A stretch of 33,116 nt of DNA from the NCBI GenBank assembly GCA_002778735.1, contig PEZV01000004.1, positions 1-33,116 on the forward strand, given 5' to 3'. The translations under genes and the position numbers were made by a program. Position 1 is the first letter of the stretch; each line of letters begins with the position of its first letter. The DNA is from Candidatus Berkelbacteria bacterium CG10_big_fil_rev_8_21_14_0_10_41_12. GTDB taxonomy: Bacteria > Patescibacteriota > UBA1384 > 1-14-0-10-41-12. This document shows positions 18,271 to 29,289 of the stretch, in pieces. The notes under the pieces are model-generated. The model saw nothing but the letters and a program-made list of their open reading frames with translations, was not told where the DNA came from and did not search any database.

Positions 18271-19101
18271 TTACCTCTTTCTCTTTCTCGATTGGATAAT
18301 AAACTTTTGCGAATATTTTTTTCTTCTCGTTTTGCCACCAATTGCTATTTTGCCCCATGGACTTTTCGGATACTTGAGCCCAATTGGATTTACACCTTCT
18401 CCTCCGCCATGCGGATGCGCACCCGGGTGCATAGCTTTTCCTCTTACGGTAGGCCGTATTCCCATCTTTCTCTTTCTTCCCGCACTACCTATTTTAAGGC
18501 GTGAATGAACAATGTTGGAAACTTGCCCAATAGAAGCAAAACAATTCTCGTGTATTTTTCTGATCTCCCCGGAAGGCATTTTAACGAGAGCATATTTATC
18601 CTCTATAGCCATAAGTGTTGCACTTGAACCCGCCGAAGTGGCAAAAAGTGATTTGGAATCTGGTTGAAACTGGATAGCGTGTATCTGTGTTCCTGTAGGA
18701 ATATTCTTCAACCTCATTCTGTTACCAATTTTAATTTCGGCTTTATCATCGCAAGCAACGATACTACCAACCTTTATCCGGTCGGGTGATATTATATATG
18801 CTTTTTTGAGATTATTCAACTCAATAAGAGCAATAAATGCCGATCTATTGGGATCATATTCAATTGATAGAACCTTGCCCTTCTGACCTATATACTGGTC
18901 GAGAGGCGAAATAACCCGATATAACCGCTTTGCCCCACCGCCTTTATGTCTTACCGAAATTTTTCCCCTGCCATCTCTTCCCGCCGTCTTTTGAATCTTA
19001 ACGGTCAAAGATTTCTCGGGTCTTTTTTTTGATAACCGTGACCGATCTTCAAAAGATTTAATTATTTTCCCGCTTGATCTTGATTTGACAATTTTAATCA
19101 T
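18271..19101 (-). CDS. rplB: 50S ribosomal protein L2
   Basis: Contains [19 protein letters not shown] ... [18 protein letters not shown]. Confidence 0.96.
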   Translation of the reverse strand: MIKIVKSRSSGKIIKSFEDRSRLSKKRPEKSLTVKIQKTAGRDGRGKISVRHKGGGAKRLYRVISPLDQYIGQKGKVLSIEYDPNRSAFIALIELNNLKKAYIISPDRIKVGSIVACDDKAEIKIGNRMRLKNIPTGTQIHAIQFQPDSKSLFATSAGSSATLMAIEDKYALVKMPSGEIRKIHENCFASIGQVSNIVHSRLKIGSAGRKRKMGIRPTVRGKAMHPGAHPHGGGEGVNPIGLKYPKSPWGKIAIGGKTRRKKYSQKFIIQSRKRKR

Positions 19102-19466
19102 GATTTTTCCTTACTCTGTGTTTTTTCTTGCTCGGATCGTTTTTTCTTAGCTAATTTTCTTTCTCTCTCCTGCTTCTTCTTCTCTTCCTCTAAAATTTCA
19201 TATCCTGGAAATTTCTGCCCTGATTTTAATGTTACAATTGCTTTTTTATATCCACGAACATTAATTTCATTACCTTTTCTTAGCTTTTTAATTGTTTTTT
19301 TATTCTGTATTTGAACATCCGTTACATCAAGAGACAAATCTTTTTTAATTATTTCTTTAATTTCTCGTTTCGACAAATTAGAATCAACGCAAAGAGTAAA
19401 TTTATTTGACTTTGCGAGTTTAACCGTTTTTTCTGTAATTAAAACTTTCATCTTATTGACTCTCAT
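19098..19466 (-). CDS. rplW: 50S ribosomal protein L23 with a K/E-rich C-terminal extension
   Basis: Contains LITEKTVKLAKSNKFTLCV...KREIKEIIKK ... YKKAIVTL. There is an alternative ATG at 19451. Confidence 0.9.
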   Translation of the reverse strand: MRVNKMKVLITEKTVKLAKSNKFTLCVDSNLSKREIKEIIKKDLSLDVTDVQIQNKKTIKKLRKGNEINVRGYKKAIVTLKSGQKFPGYEILEEEKKKQERERKLAKKKRSEQEKTQSKEKS

Positions 19467-20109
19467 CTTTTTTAATTTCGTTTTTATTTTCCACTACTTC
19501 TTTTGGTCCAAGAAATTTCTTCAGCGCCCCAAGGGAAAAAATTATCATAGCATCATCTAAAACATCAACCAAATTAAAGCTCTCACTCGATTTTAGATTT
19601 ACAAGGGCTAAATTTCTAAACGGTAACATATTTTGTTTTTCCTGCGGTAAATAGACAATTCTTATAATCTTATCTTGGCAAATTTTTTCCATCACTTGCG
19701 ATGCTTCCTTTGTCTTTTTAACATCAAAAGTTTCGATTACTACTGCTTCACCGTCTTTCAGCTTTTTCAGCAGAGCAAATTTAAAAGCTTTATTTTTTTG
19801 CGCTCGGGGAATCGTCAACTTTTTTCTTTCTCTTGAATCAGGACCAAAAGTTACTCCCCCGCCAATCCAAAGAGGAGATCTTGTTGAACCCGCCCTAGCT
19901 CTACCGGTTCCTTTCTGTTTCCATGGTTTTTTTCCTCCACCTCTAACCTCAGCTCGAGTTTTTGCATCAGCCGTATAACTTCTTTTATTAGATAATATTA
20001 CCCTTACGGCTTGAGCAATAATTTTATTCCCTTTGGCATCATTAGATAAAGGCTTGATCTCAAGACTTTCTTTAGCTGAACCATTTTTGTCAAAAAGTTT
20101 TATTTTCAT
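19453..20109 (-). CDS. rplD: 50S ribosomal protein L4
   Basis: Contains RGGGKKPWKQKGTGRARAGSTRSPLWIGGGVTFGP. Confidence 0.95.
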   Translation of the reverse strand: MKIKLFDKNGSAKESLEIKPLSNDAKGNKIIAQAVRVILSNKRSYTADAKTRAEVRGGGKKPWKQKGTGRARAGSTRSPLWIGGGVTFGPDSRERKKLTIPRAQKNKAFKFALLKKLKDGEAVVIETFDVKKTKEASQVMEKICQDKIIRIVYLPQEKQNMLPFRNLALVNLKSSESFNLVDVLDDAMIIFSLGALKKFLGPKEVVENKNEIKKDESQ

Positions 20110-20702
20110 TTTTTAATTATTAATACAGATTTGTTTGCGCCAGGAACAGCACCTGAGAGCCAAATCTGATTATTTTCAATATCTACCCTCTCCACAATAA
20201 GGTTATCTACAGTTCTCTGTTCATCACCCATATGGCCAGGCATTTTTTGCCCTTTGATCACCCTCTGGGGATATCCGCCGCCAATTGATCCCGGAGCTCT
20301 CCAGTTTCTTGATCCATGTGTCTTGGGACCTGTAGAAAAATTATGTCTTTTAACGGTCCCTTGAAATCCTTTACCCTTAGTACGTGAAATTACACTGACC
20401 ACCTCGCCCTCTTGAAGCCCCATTTTCTCTAAACTAACCTCTTCCCCTTTTTTCAAATCGCATTGCTGCGTTTGGCTAAATTCTGTCAACATTGAACATG
20501 CATCTAACCCTTTAGATTGTCCAAGTATGGAGCGCGGAATTTTCTTTTTATTCCCCGCCAGTCCAACAACAACATGGCATTTATCATTATTACTATCAAC
20601 TCTACAAACTATCGTTTTTGGCAATTCCAACACCGTAACAGCAACGTGTTTGCCATCTTTGTAAATATGAGTCATGCCTTTTTTAACCGCAAATTTTTTC
20701 AT
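20106..20702 (-). CDS. rplC: 50S ribosomal protein L3
   Basis: Contains MKKFAVKKGMTHIY ... KGKGFQGTVKRHNFSTGPKTHGS...RAPGSIGG. The track ORF reaching 20783 begins at a TTG and runs through a structured spacer, so I prefer the ATG at 20702. Confidence 0.92.
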   Translation of the reverse strand: MKKFAVKKGMTHIYKDGKHVAVTVLELPKTIVCRVDSNNDKCHVVVGLAGNKKKIPRSILGQSKGLDACSMLTEFSQTQQCDLKKGEEVSLEKMGLQEGEVVSVISRTKGKGFQGTVKRHNFSTGPKTHGSRNWRAPGSIGGGYPQRVIKGQKMPGHMGDEQRTVDNLIVERVDIENNQIWLSGAVPGANKSVLIIKK

Positions 20703-20832
20703 TTTAACTAAAATATAATTAATTAAAGCTTCGGAAATCTCGCTTGATTTTAAGCGGATTATTCCGAAGTTGCCTATGAGCAAACTCCCGGCTCCAGCTT
20801 AGAGGGTTAGAGCCGGATAGTTTAACCACAAT
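20703..20832 (-). other. Structured 130-nt intergenic spacer between rpsJ and rplC, with two stem-loops
   Basis: Hairpin 1: ccggctc 20788-20794 with gagccgg 20810-20816 (7 bp, 15-nt loop). Hairpin 2: cttcggaa 20729-20736 with ttccgaag 20763-20770 (8 bp, extendable), enclosing cgctt 20741-20745 with aagcg 20752-20756. Confidence 0.5.
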
Positions 20833-21153
20833 TTATGTTTTGATTTCTATATCTACCCCTGCAGGCAGATCCATACTCATGAGCGAATCAATTGTTTTGT
20901 TTGTCGGATTTAAGACATCAATTATTCTACGATGAACCCTAATCTCATATTGGTCTCTACTATCCTTATGAATAAATGTTGACTTAAGGACGGTAATTTT
21001 CTTCTTCTCTGTTGGCAAAGGAATTGGACCAACAACATTAGCCCCTGTTCTCTGCGCCGTTTCAATGATATGGTTCGCGGACTTATCAAGAATCCGATTA
21101 TCGTATGCTTTGAGCCTTATTCTGATTTTTTGTTTTATTTTGTCTTCATTCAT
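20833..21153 (-). CDS. rpsJ: 30S ribosomal protein S10
   Basis: Contains [40 protein letters not shown]. Confidence 0.95.
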   Translation of the reverse strand: MNEDKIKQKIRIRLKAYDNRILDKSANHIIETAQRTGANVVGPIPLPTEKKKITVLKSTFIHKDSRDQYEIRVHRRIIDVLNPTNKTIDSLMSMDLPAGVDIEIKT

Positions 21154-21189
21154 TTCAATGTTCTGTGTCTCGATTTTTATTAATGATTC

Positions 21190-22377
21190 TTACTTAATAA
21201 TTTTTGTGACTACTCCTGCTCCTACTGTTTTTCCGCCTTCTCTTATCGCAAACTTCATCTGTTCTTCCATAGCGATATTAGAGATAAGCTTTACTTTTAT
21301 TTTAACAGTATCCCCGGGCATAACCATTTCTGCACCAGCAGGAATTTCATAGACGTCTCCTGTTACATCGGTGGTCCGAATGTAAAACTGAGGTTTATAA
21401 CCTTTTGTGAACGGCGAATGCCTTCCGCCTTCTTCCTTTGTTAAGACATATACTTCTGCCTCAAACTCACTGTGCGGAGTTATCGAACCGGGTTTGGCAA
21501 GAACTTGCCCTCTTTCGATATCCTCTCTCTCAATCCCTCTAAGGAGAATCCCTACATTGTCTCCTGCTTCACCCCTATCAAGCTGTTTTCTAAACATCTC
21601 GACACCTGTTACAACAGTTTTTTTGGTAGGTTTAATCCCAACAATTTCTACCTCGTCATTTACATTGACGATACCTCTTTCAATCCTTCCTGTTGCTACT
21701 GTGCCTCTTCCTTTAATAGAAAAGACATCTTCAATAGGCATAAGAAGTGGCTTGCCAGTTTCTCTTTTTGGATCAGGAATATACTCGTCCATTGCCTTGA
21801 GAAGCTCTTCAATACTCTTCTTCGCCTCGGCATTACCCTCCAAAGCTTTTAATGCTGAACCTTTTATAATCGGAACTTCGTCACCGGGATATTCATATTT
21901 CTTTAGAATATCTCTTACTTCCATCTCAACCAGATCTAAAAGTTCCGGGTCGGAAACCATATCTACTTTGTTTAAATAGACAATTACGGAAGGTACTCCC
22001 ACCTGACTGGCCAGAAGGATATGTTCTTTTGTTTGAGGCATAGGACCATCAACAGCACTAACAACCAAAATGGCCGCATCCATCTGCGCGGCACCAGTTA
22101 TCATGTTTTTGATATAATCCGCGTGCCCCGGACAGTCAACGTGCGCGTAGTGCCTCTTGTCAGTTGAATATTCAACATGACTTGTGGCAATTGTTATACC
22201 GCGGGCTTTCTCTTCGGGCGCATTATCAATTTGATCAAACGCTTTTTTTTCAGCTTGACCTTTTTCTGCTAAAACCGTAGTAATAGCAGAAGTTAATGTG
22301 GTTTTACCATGATCTACGTGACCTATGGTACCAACATTAATATGGGGTTTGTCCCTCTTATATTTTTCCGCTGCCAT
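21190..22377 (-). CDS. tuf: Elongation factor Tu
   Basis: Contains [18 protein letters not shown] and NKVD. 395 aa. Confidence 0.98.
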   Translation of the reverse strand: MAAEKYKRDKPHINVGTIGHVDHGKTTLTSAITTVLAEKGQAEKKAFDQIDNAPEEKARGITIATSHVEYSTDKRHYAHVDCPGHADYIKNMITGAAQMDAAILVVSAVDGPMPQTKEHILLASQVGVPSVIVYLNKVDMVSDPELLDLVEMEVRDILKKYEYPGDEVPIIKGSALKALEGNAEAKKSIEELLKAMDEYIPDPKRETGKPLLMPIEDVFSIKGRGTVATGRIERGIVNVNDEVEIVGIKPTKKTVVTGVEMFRKQLDRGEAGDNVGILLRGIEREDIERGQVLAKPGSITPHSEFEAEVYVLTKEEGGRHSPFTKGYKPQFYIRTTDVTGDVYEIPAGAEMVMPGDTVKIKVKLISNIAMEEQMKFAIREGGKTVGAGVVTKIIK

Positions 22378-22416
22378 ACTATTTCTCCTTTTCCTTCATT
22401 TTATTTTACCTAATTA

Positions 22417-22445
22417 ATAATACTATTTTTCTCCTATAAAGTCAA
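22417..22445 (-). promoter_or_regulatory. Candidate internal sigma70-type promoter for tuf
   Basis: On the - strand: TTGACT (22445-22440), 17-nt spacer, TATTAT (22422-22417). It lies in the 94-nt fusA-tuf gap, and AAGGAG lies upstream of the tuf ATG. Confidence 0.35.
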
Positions 22446-22471
22446 CCATTATTATACCCCGCTTGGCGTGG

Positions 22472-24571
22472 TTATTTTTTTCTTCCCTCAATTATCTCTT
22501 GCGAAACATTATAAGGCACTTCTTCGTAATGGTCAAATTCCATAGTATAACTTCCTCTGCCTTGTGTCATCGATCGAAGTGTTGTGGCATATCCAAACAT
22601 TTCTGCAAGCGGTACCATTGAGGGGATAACTTTAACATTTCCCCTGTCCGTAACCTGGTCAATTTTCGCCCGCTTTGAATTTAAATCGCCAAGCGCATCT
22701 CCCATGTATTCCTCTGGAACAACTGTCTCAACCTTCATTATTGGTTCAAGAAGCACCGGATCTGCTCGCTTTACGGCAGCCTGAAATGCGATTGAACCGG
22801 CAATTTGGAAAGCCAACTCTGACGAATCAACATCATGGTATGTACCATCAGTTAGTGTTGTTTTTAAATCAACCATTGGATAATTTGCCACAACTCCTTT
22901 TTGTGTTGCCTCTTTAACACCTTTTTCAACCGCGGGAATAAACTCACGAGGAATCGCGCCGCCAGCAATTTTATTGACAAATTCCGTCCCTTCTCCTGGT
23001 TCTTTTGGCTCAACATCAAGAAACACATGTCCATACTGACCGCGTCCACCGGTTTGCCGAATAAACTTTCCTTCAGCTGAGGCGCGGTGGCGAATTGTTT
23101 CGCGATATGCTACTTGTGGCGTTCCAACGTTCGCGTCTACTTTAAATTCCCTCCTTAACCTATCAACAAGGATATCTAAATGAAGCTCACCCATTCCGGA
23201 TATTAAAGTTTGGTTAGTTTCAGGCTTTATCTCTACTCTAAAAGTGGGGTCTTCTTCTGCTAATTTCTGAAGTGCAAGGGACATTCTTTCCTGGTCCACT
23301 TTGGTTTTCGGCTCTATAGCAATACTAATTACAGGTTCGGCAAATTTTATAGCCTCGAGAACCACAGGGTGTCCTTCATCACAAATCGTTTGCCCAGTCG
23401 TTGTAGACTTTAAACCAACTATAGCCACAATATCTCCTGCAAAAACTTCTTCCACTTGTTCCCGCTTATTAGCGTGCATTATGAGTAATCTACCCACTCT
23501 TTCTTTCTCGAGCGTTGAAGAATTCAAAACATATGAACCTGCCTTAAGAGTGCCTGAATAAATTCTTGTAAAAGTTAATTTTCCAACAAACGGATCTGTG
23601 GCAATTTTGAAAGCAAGTCCAGCAAACGGGTCTTCGTCACGCGCCACAATTTCAATCTCTTTTTCAGGATCCTTCACATCTTTGGCAACTGCTGGAGGCA
23701 GATCGAGAGGGTTAGGAAGATAATCTACGACAGCATCAAGAAGGAGCTGTACTCCTTTATTTTTCAAGGCAGACCCGGTTAATACCGGCACAATTTTACC
23801 TTCAACAGTTGCCTTCCTTAAAGCATCTTTTAGCTCCAAGAGAGATATTTCTTTCTCTTCCAAAAAATTCTCTAAAAGTCTGTCGTCAGTTTCCGCAATC
23901 TTTTCAACAAGTTTATGTCGCCACTCTTCGGCTTGAGATTTTAAATTCTCTGGTACTTCCTTTTTTTCTATATCTTTTCCCAGATCATCTTTATACACAT
24001 ATGACACCATTTCTAATAAATCAATCAAACCTGAAAAATTCGATTCTTCCCCGATCGGAATCTGTGTTGGAATAGCCTCGCGTCCCAAACGATCTAAAAT
24101 AGACCGGTAGGATTTATAAAAGTCTGCACCCGTTCTATCTAATTTATTAATAAAAGCAATTCTTGGAACTGAATATTTATCGGCTTGCCGCCAAACTGTT
24201 TCAGACTGAGATTCAACACCTGCTACGCCATCAAAAACTACAACGCCACCATCAAGAACGCGTAACGACCTCTCGACCTCGACCGTAAAGTCAACATGGC
24301 CGGGAGTGTCAATTATATTTATCTTGGTCTTGTGGCCAGGATCTGACCTAGAAGACCAAAAACACGTTGTTGCAGCAGCCGTAATGGTAATCCCACGTTC
24401 TTTTTCTTGTGCCATCCAATCCATTTCTGCTTCGCCTTCATGAACCTCGCCAACTTTATGCTTCTTCCCGGTATAAAAAAGTATGCGCTCTGTCACTGTT
24501 GTTTTTCCAGCATCAATATGAGCAATAATCCCGATATTTCTTGTCCTCTCTAAAGAGTATTCTCGCGGCAT
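22472..24571 (-). CDS. fusA: Elongation factor G
   Basis: Contains [17 protein letters not shown] and NKLD. 699 aa. Confidence 0.98.
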   Translation of the reverse strand: MPREYSLERTRNIGIIAHIDAGKTTVTERILFYTGKKHKVGEVHEGEAEMDWMAQEKERGITITAAATTCFWSSRSDPGHKTKINIIDTPGHVDFTVEVERSLRVLDGGVVVFDGVAGVESQSETVWRQADKYSVPRIAFINKLDRTGADFYKSYRSILDRLGREAIPTQIPIGEESNFSGLIDLLEMVSYVYKDDLGKDIEKKEVPENLKSQAEEWRHKLVEKIAETDDRLLENFLEEKEISLLELKDALRKATVEGKIVPVLTGSALKNKGVQLLLDAVVDYLPNPLDLPPAVAKDVKDPEKEIEIVARDEDPFAGLAFKIATDPFVGKLTFTRIYSGTLKAGSYVLNSSTLEKERVGRLLIMHANKREQVEEVFAGDIVAIVGLKSTTTGQTICDEGHPVVLEAIKFAEPVISIAIEPKTKVDQERMSLALQKLAEEDPTFRVEIKPETNQTLISGMGELHLDILVDRLRREFKVDANVGTPQVAYRETIRHRASAEGKFIRQTGGRGQYGHVFLDVEPKEPGEGTEFVNKIAGGAIPREFIPAVEKGVKEATQKGVVANYPMVDLKTTLTDGTYHDVDSSELAFQIAGSIAFQAAVKRADPVLLEPIMKVETVVPEEYMGDALGDLNSKRAKIDQVTDRGNVKVIPSMVPLAEMFGYATTLRSMTQGRGSYTMEFDHYEEVPYNVSQEIIEGRKK

Positions 24572-24589
24572 TTGTCCCCCGATATATAT

Positions 24590-25066
24590 TTATTTTAACC
24601 GAGCAAAATGAGCAAAAGCTTTGTTAGCTTCAGCCATTCTGTGAGTATCTTCACGACATTTAACACTATTACCAATACCCTTGCATGCATCTGATAATTC
24701 TTGTGCTAATTTCTCGGAAATTTTAGCGCCTTTTTTGTCTCTTGCAGCATTAAGAATCCACCTCAAGCCAAGAGTTGTTCTCCTTGGTTCTCTTACTTCA
24801 ATCGGAACTTGATAATTTGCGCCACCGATTCTTCTCGAACGCACCTCAACCAGAGGTGATACATTTTCTAAAGCCTTTTGAAATATTTCAAGTGAGTCTC
24901 TCTTTAGATTTTTAGAAGCAATATCCAGCGCTTCATAAAGGATACTTGTTGCCGTTTCTTTCTGCCCATCAAGCATAATATAGTTAATAAACTTGGCAAT
25001 TGTAGTCGAATTATATTTGCTATCAGGCAAGAGAATTTTCTTTTTGTTTGATCTTCTACCTCTCAT
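24590..25066 (-). CDS. rpsG: 30S ribosomal protein S7
   Basis: Contains MRGRRSNKKKILLPDSKYNS ... VEVRSRRIGGANYQVP. The ATG at 25066 lies 1 nt after the rpsL stop. The longer ORF reaching 25126 overlaps rpsL. Confidence 0.93.
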   Translation of the reverse strand: MRGRRSNKKKILLPDSKYNSTTIAKFINYIMLDGQKETATSILYEALDIASKNLKRDSLEIFQKALENVSPLVEVRSRRIGGANYQVPIEVREPRRTTLGLRWILNAARDKKGAKISEKLAQELSDACKGIGNSVKCREDTHRMAEANKAFAHFARLK

Positions 25067-25067
25067 A

Positions 25068-25487
25068 TCATCCTTTCGGCCTCTTAACACCGTATAAACT
25101 TCTTCCTTGCTTTCTGTTTTCAACACCTAACGTGTCTAATTTTCCCCTTACTACATGATACCTTACCCCAGGTAGATCTTTTACCCGTCCGCCACGAATT
25201 ATAACAACTGAATACTCTTGTAAATTATGTCCAATCCCTGGAATATACGCTGTAACTTCTTGACCCGAGGTAAGTCTTACTTTGGCAATTTTTCTCAGAG
25301 CCGAATTCGGCTTCTTGGGAGTCATTGTCGTTACTTTCGTACAAATTCCTCTTTTAAAAGGATTTGATTTCTTAACTTGTGTCGGCTTATTTCTGACAAA
25401 GTTAAAACCACGAGCAAGCGCGGGTGTATTGCTTTTAGATTTAGGTGACTTACGTCCAATGCGAATTAACTGATTTACTGTTGGCAT
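25068..25487 (-). CDS. rpsL: 30S ribosomal protein S12
   Basis: Contains MPTVNQLIR ... [11 protein letters not shown] ... [18 protein letters not shown]. Confidence 0.97.
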   Translation of the reverse strand: MPTVNQLIRIGRKSPKSKSNTPALARGFNFVRNKPTQVKKSNPFKRGICTKVTTMTPKKPNSALRKIAKVRLTSGQEVTAYIPGIGHNLQEYSVVIIRGGRVKDLPGVRYHVVRGKLDTLGVENRKQGRSLYGVKRPKG

Positions 25488-25489
25488 TA

Positions 25490-28400
25490 TTATTTCTTTC
25501 CACTCTCTTTAAACCCTGTTCCGGCAGGTATTAGTTTACCAATAATTACGTTTTCTTTCAACCCCACTAATCTATCTTCTGCACCGCGAATCGCAGCCGA
25601 GATAAGTACACTAGTTGTCTCCTGGAAAGAAGCGGCCGACAAGAAACTGTCTGTTCTTAGTGCCACTTGTGTTATTCCCATTACTATAGGCTCAAAAGTG
25701 CAAGATTTCTTATTAGACTTTTCTAATTTTTCATTCTCTTTTGAGACCGCTTTCAGTGACACAATTTGGCCTGGCAGAAATGAGCTATCTGCTTCATCTA
25801 AAACTTTTGCTTTCGAGAGCATCTGTCGAACAATTACATCCAAATGCTTATCATTTATAGATTGTCCTTGGGATGAATAAACATCTTTAATTTCCTTGAT
25901 TATATAAGATCTGGTCTTTTCCTTGCCGAGAAGGCGATATGCCGAAGAAAGATTAAGATGCCCTTCAGATAAAATCGTGCCTTTCTCAATTTTTTCGCCA
26001 TTTTTTACCAAAAGAGGCATTCCGGTCGTAATTAAGTAACTTTTCGATACCGGCTCGATTGATTTAACGACAACTCTCCCTTTCGAAACATTCGCCTCGC
26101 CCCCAATTGCCGAGCGCAAAGCCTTCTTGCCCTGACTGGTAGCTATGGCTTGTTTTGGTTTGACTAATTCCTTGTGTTTTACAATAACTTCATAATCGGC
26201 GGGTATCTCAACTTCATCCGTCAAATAATTACCTGAAATCACTTCAATTTTATCTCCTGATTCAGACTTTTTAACTTTTGCGATTCCTCCTATTTCGGAT
26301 ATCGGCGCTTCATACTTCGGCTGCCGAGCTTCGAAAATTTCCTCAACTCTTGGAAGTCCCGAAACAATGTCTTCCTTCGAAACACCTCCCATGTGGAATG
26401 TTTTCATCGTTAACTGCGTGCCGGGCTCTCCGATGGCCTGTGCCGCAATAATGCCGACAGCTGTACCAATCTCGACAATTTTTCCCGTTCCAAGATCTTT
26501 TCCGTAGCAAGCTTGACATACTCCGCTTTGCGCCTCGCAAATCGAGGTAGATCTCACTTTGACTAATTTAACTCCAGAATCTTCAATTTTTTTCGCTAAT
26601 TCAGAATTTATCAGCTCGGCTTTCGAGGCAATTTTCTTTCTCGAAGACCTGATATTTTCAGCGAGAATTCTTCCATCAATTCTCTCCGCTAAGGATTCGT
26701 TCATATCCTGCGACTCTTCTTCGGTAACTTCAATATAATTCTCGGTGCCACAATCATGAGTAGATACAACAACATCCTGAGCTACATCAACCAATCTTCT
26801 TGTTAAATACCCCGCATCGGAAGTCCTCAATGCTGTGTCTGATCTACCTTTTCTTGTAGCATGGGACGAAATAAAGTACTCAAAAATCGAAAGCCCTTCT
26901 TTAAAGTTGCTTTTAATTGGAATTTCTATTATTTCTCCCGCAGGATTTACAACCATTCCTTTCATTCCAGCCATCTGGGTTAACTGTGTTAGCGATCCTC
27001 TCGCTCCAGAGACCATATAAACATATACAGGATTATTTTTGTCATATTGGGCTATCATTGATTTTTCTATTTCCGTCTTAGTGTTATTCCAAAGTTCAAT
27101 AATTTGCGCGCTTTTTTCCTCAGGCGTAATTAACCCTCTCCTGTAAAGGGAATCGATTTCGTCTACTTTTTTATCGGCGCCGCTAATCAAGCTGTCTTTA
27201 TCAGATGGTGTCTGAATATCACTAATTGAAATTGTCATACCGGATAAAGTCGCATATTTAAAGCCCAAGCTCTTAACATTATCGACAAATTCTGCTGCAG
27301 TTCCTGAGCCACAGACCTTAAATATTCTATCTACAATTTTTTTAATCACTTTAGCATCCACAACCGTGTTTACGTACTTTAACTCATCTGGAATAAGATT
27401 ATTAAGCAAAATTCTCCCGACACTTGTCTCGACAAGTTTATTTTCCCCTTCACCTTTTATTCGCGTATCCGACTCATCAATTTCTTCAAAGAGTCTCACG
27501 TGAATTTTAGCCCTTAAATCTATATCTCCCGACTGCCAAGCCATAATTGCCTCATTTTTACCCGTAAAGATCTTACCTTCACCGGCTTTGCCAGAAACTA
27601 TAGTTGTCAGATAATAAACTCCAAGCACCATGTCCAACCTCGGATTTACAATCGGTTCGCCCGAAGCTGGCTTCAAAAGATTATTTCTTGAGAGCATAAT
27701 TTCGGCAGCCTCTTTTTTGGCATTATCAGATAAAGGCACATGAACTGCCATCTGATCACCGTCAAAGTCAGCATTAAACGCACTACAAACCAAGGGATGT
27801 ACTTGGATTGCTTTTCCTTCAACTAAAATAGGTTTAAAGGCTTGAATCCCAAGACGGTGCAAAGTAGGAGCACGATTCAACAAAACATAGCATTTCGACG
27901 TAATTTCCTCAAGGATATCCCAAACTACCGCTTCTTTTCTTTCAATCATCTTCGAGGCATTTTTCACGTTATGAGCATGCCCATCTGATATTAATCTCGA
28001 AATGACAAATGTCTTAAATAGCTCAAGAGCCATAACTTTAGGTATCCCGCACTCATCCAGTTTGAGTTCCGGTCCAATAACAATTACCGACCTACCCGAA
28101 TAATCTACTCTTTTGCCAAGAAGATTCTGTCTAAATCTACCCTGCTTACCTCTTAAAATATCCGAAAGGGATTTCAATTTGCGCTGCGCGCCGACAGTAT
28201 TTCTTCCACGTCTTGCCGAGTTATCAATTAACGCATCTACTGATTCTTGAAGCATTCTTTTTTCATTCCTACAAATAACCTCTGGCGCACTCTGAGTAAT
28301 TAGTTTCTTCAATCGGTTATTTCTATTCAATACCCGTCTATATAAATTATTTAAATCCGATGCCGCAAATCGACCACCGTCTAATTGAACCATTGGTCTT

Positions 28401-29284
28401 AAATCCGGTGGAATAACAGGAATTCTTGTCATAACCAGCCACTCAGGCAAAATATTTGCGCTTTTCATATCGGCAAAAATCTTCATTCTTTTGAGAATTT
28501 TCTTTCGGTTAGCAAGAACTTGGCTCTCCGCCTTTGCTTCAAATTCTTTAAGCTCTTTATCAATATCAATTGATTTTAGAAGTTCCAAAATAGCCTCAGC
28601 GCCAATTCCCACTCTCGCAATCTGGCCAAACTTTACCGAGAGCTCATGGTATTGGCTTTCAGCCAACACTTCTTTGGGCGCCAAAGACTCAATTTCAGAT
28701 CTTAGCATCTTAAATTTCGCATCCAATTTTTGCCCAGCTAAAACATTACTTTTAATTTCCGGCTCATCCTTGGCTTCCTTATATTCCTTTTCAAGCTGAG
28801 TAAGAGCTTGAGTTCTAATTTCCTCATTAACCTCAAGCACCACAAACGATGCAAAATAGATAATCGATTCAATTTCCGAAATACTCATATCAAGAACCAA
28901 ACCTAAAACCCCACCACCGCCCCTGATATACCATGTGTGCACAACCGGAACAACTAAGTCGATATGCCCCATTCTCTCACGTCTAACAGAACTCCTGGTA
29001 ACTTCAACGCCACACCTGTCACAAATAACACCTTTGTATCTTATCTTTTTATACTTGCCACAATAACACTCCCAGTCTTTAGTCGGCCCAAAAATTCTCT
29101 CATCAAATAGCCCGTCTCTTTCCGGTCTCTGCGTTCTGTAATTTACTGTTTCAGGCTTCGTTACTTCTCCATAGCTCCAGCTTAACATCTCTTCCGAACT
29201 CGCAATTTTTATACGAATAGATTCAAAGTCGCTTGGTTGAAATTCTTTCCCTATTTGCACTTTATTCAATTTAGTATTTACCAT
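25490..29284 (-). CDS. rpoC: DNA-directed RNA polymerase beta-prime subunit
   Basis: N-terminal Zn motif ([23 protein letters not shown]) and catalytic NADFDGDQM. 1264 aa. Confidence 0.98.
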   Translation of the reverse strand: MVNTKLNKVQIGKEFQPSDFESIRIKIASSEEMLSWSYGEVTKPETVNYRTQRPERDGLFDERIFGPTKDWECYCGKYKKIRYKGVICDRCGVEVTRSSVRRERMGHIDLVVPVVHTWYIRGGGGVLGLVLDMSISEIESIIYFASFVVLEVNEEIRTQALTQLEKEYKEAKDEPEIKSNVLAGQKLDAKFKMLRSEIESLAPKEVLAESQYHELSVKFGQIARVGIGAEAILELLKSIDIDKELKEFEAKAESQVLANRKKILKRMKIFADMKSANILPEWLVMTRIPVIPPDLRPMVQLDGGRFAASDLNNLYRRVLNRNNRLKKLITQSAPEVICRNEKRMLQESVDALIDNSARRGRNTVGAQRKLKSLSDILRGKQGRFRQNLLGKRVDYSGRSVIVIGPELKLDECGIPKVMALELFKTFVISRLISDGHAHNVKNASKMIERKEAVVWDILEEITSKCYVLLNRAPTLHRLGIQAFKPILVEGKAIQVHPLVCSAFNADFDGDQMAVHVPLSDNAKKEAAEIMLSRNNLLKPASGEPIVNPRLDMVLGVYYLTTIVSGKAGEGKIFTGKNEAIMAWQSGDIDLRAKIHVRLFEEIDESDTRIKGEGENKLVETSVGRILLNNLIPDELKYVNTVVDAKVIKKIVDRIFKVCGSGTAAEFVDNVKSLGFKYATLSGMTISISDIQTPSDKDSLISGADKKVDEIDSLYRRGLITPEEKSAQIIELWNNTKTEIEKSMIAQYDKNNPVYVYMVSGARGSLTQLTQMAGMKGMVVNPAGEIIEIPIKSNFKEGLSIFEYFISSHATRKGRSDTALRTSDAGYLTRRLVDVAQDVVVSTHDCGTENYIEVTEEESQDMNESLAERIDGRILAENIRSSRKKIASKAELINSELAKKIEDSGVKLVKVRSTSICEAQSGVCQACYGKDLGTGKIVEIGTAVGIIAAQAIGEPGTQLTMKTFHMGGVSKEDIVSGLPRVEEIFEARQPKYEAPISEIGGIAKVKKSESGDKIEVISGNYLTDEVEIPADYEVIVKHKELVKPKQAIATSQGKKALRSAIGGEANVSKGRVVVKSIEPVSKSYLITTGMPLLVKNGEKIEKGTILSEGHLNLSSAYRLLGKEKTRSYIIKEIKDVYSSQGQSINDKHLDVIVRQMLSKAKVLDEADSSFLPGQIVSLKAVSKENEKLEKSNKKSCTFEPIVMGITQVALRTDSFLSAASFQETTSVLISAAIRGAEDRLVGLKENVIIGKLIPAGTGFKESGKK

Positions 29285-29289
29285 ATTGT

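Noticed and set aside
18270-18341. N-terminal extensions of the longest ORFs for rpsS (to 18341), rpsG (to 25126), rplC (to 20783), rpsI (to 7197), rplM (to 7558), rplQ (to 7898) and the membrane protein (to 6489)
   Set aside because: The extensions either overlap the preceding gene or begin at TTG codons. They add residues not found in the conserved families. An ATG at the canonical N-terminus follows the upstream stop in each case.
21407-21979. 190-aa and 126-aa + strand ORFs antisense to tuf
   Set aside because: They are shadow ORFs opposite a highly conserved gene. They are low-complexity and Ser/Leu/Ile/Pro-rich, with no independent coding signal.
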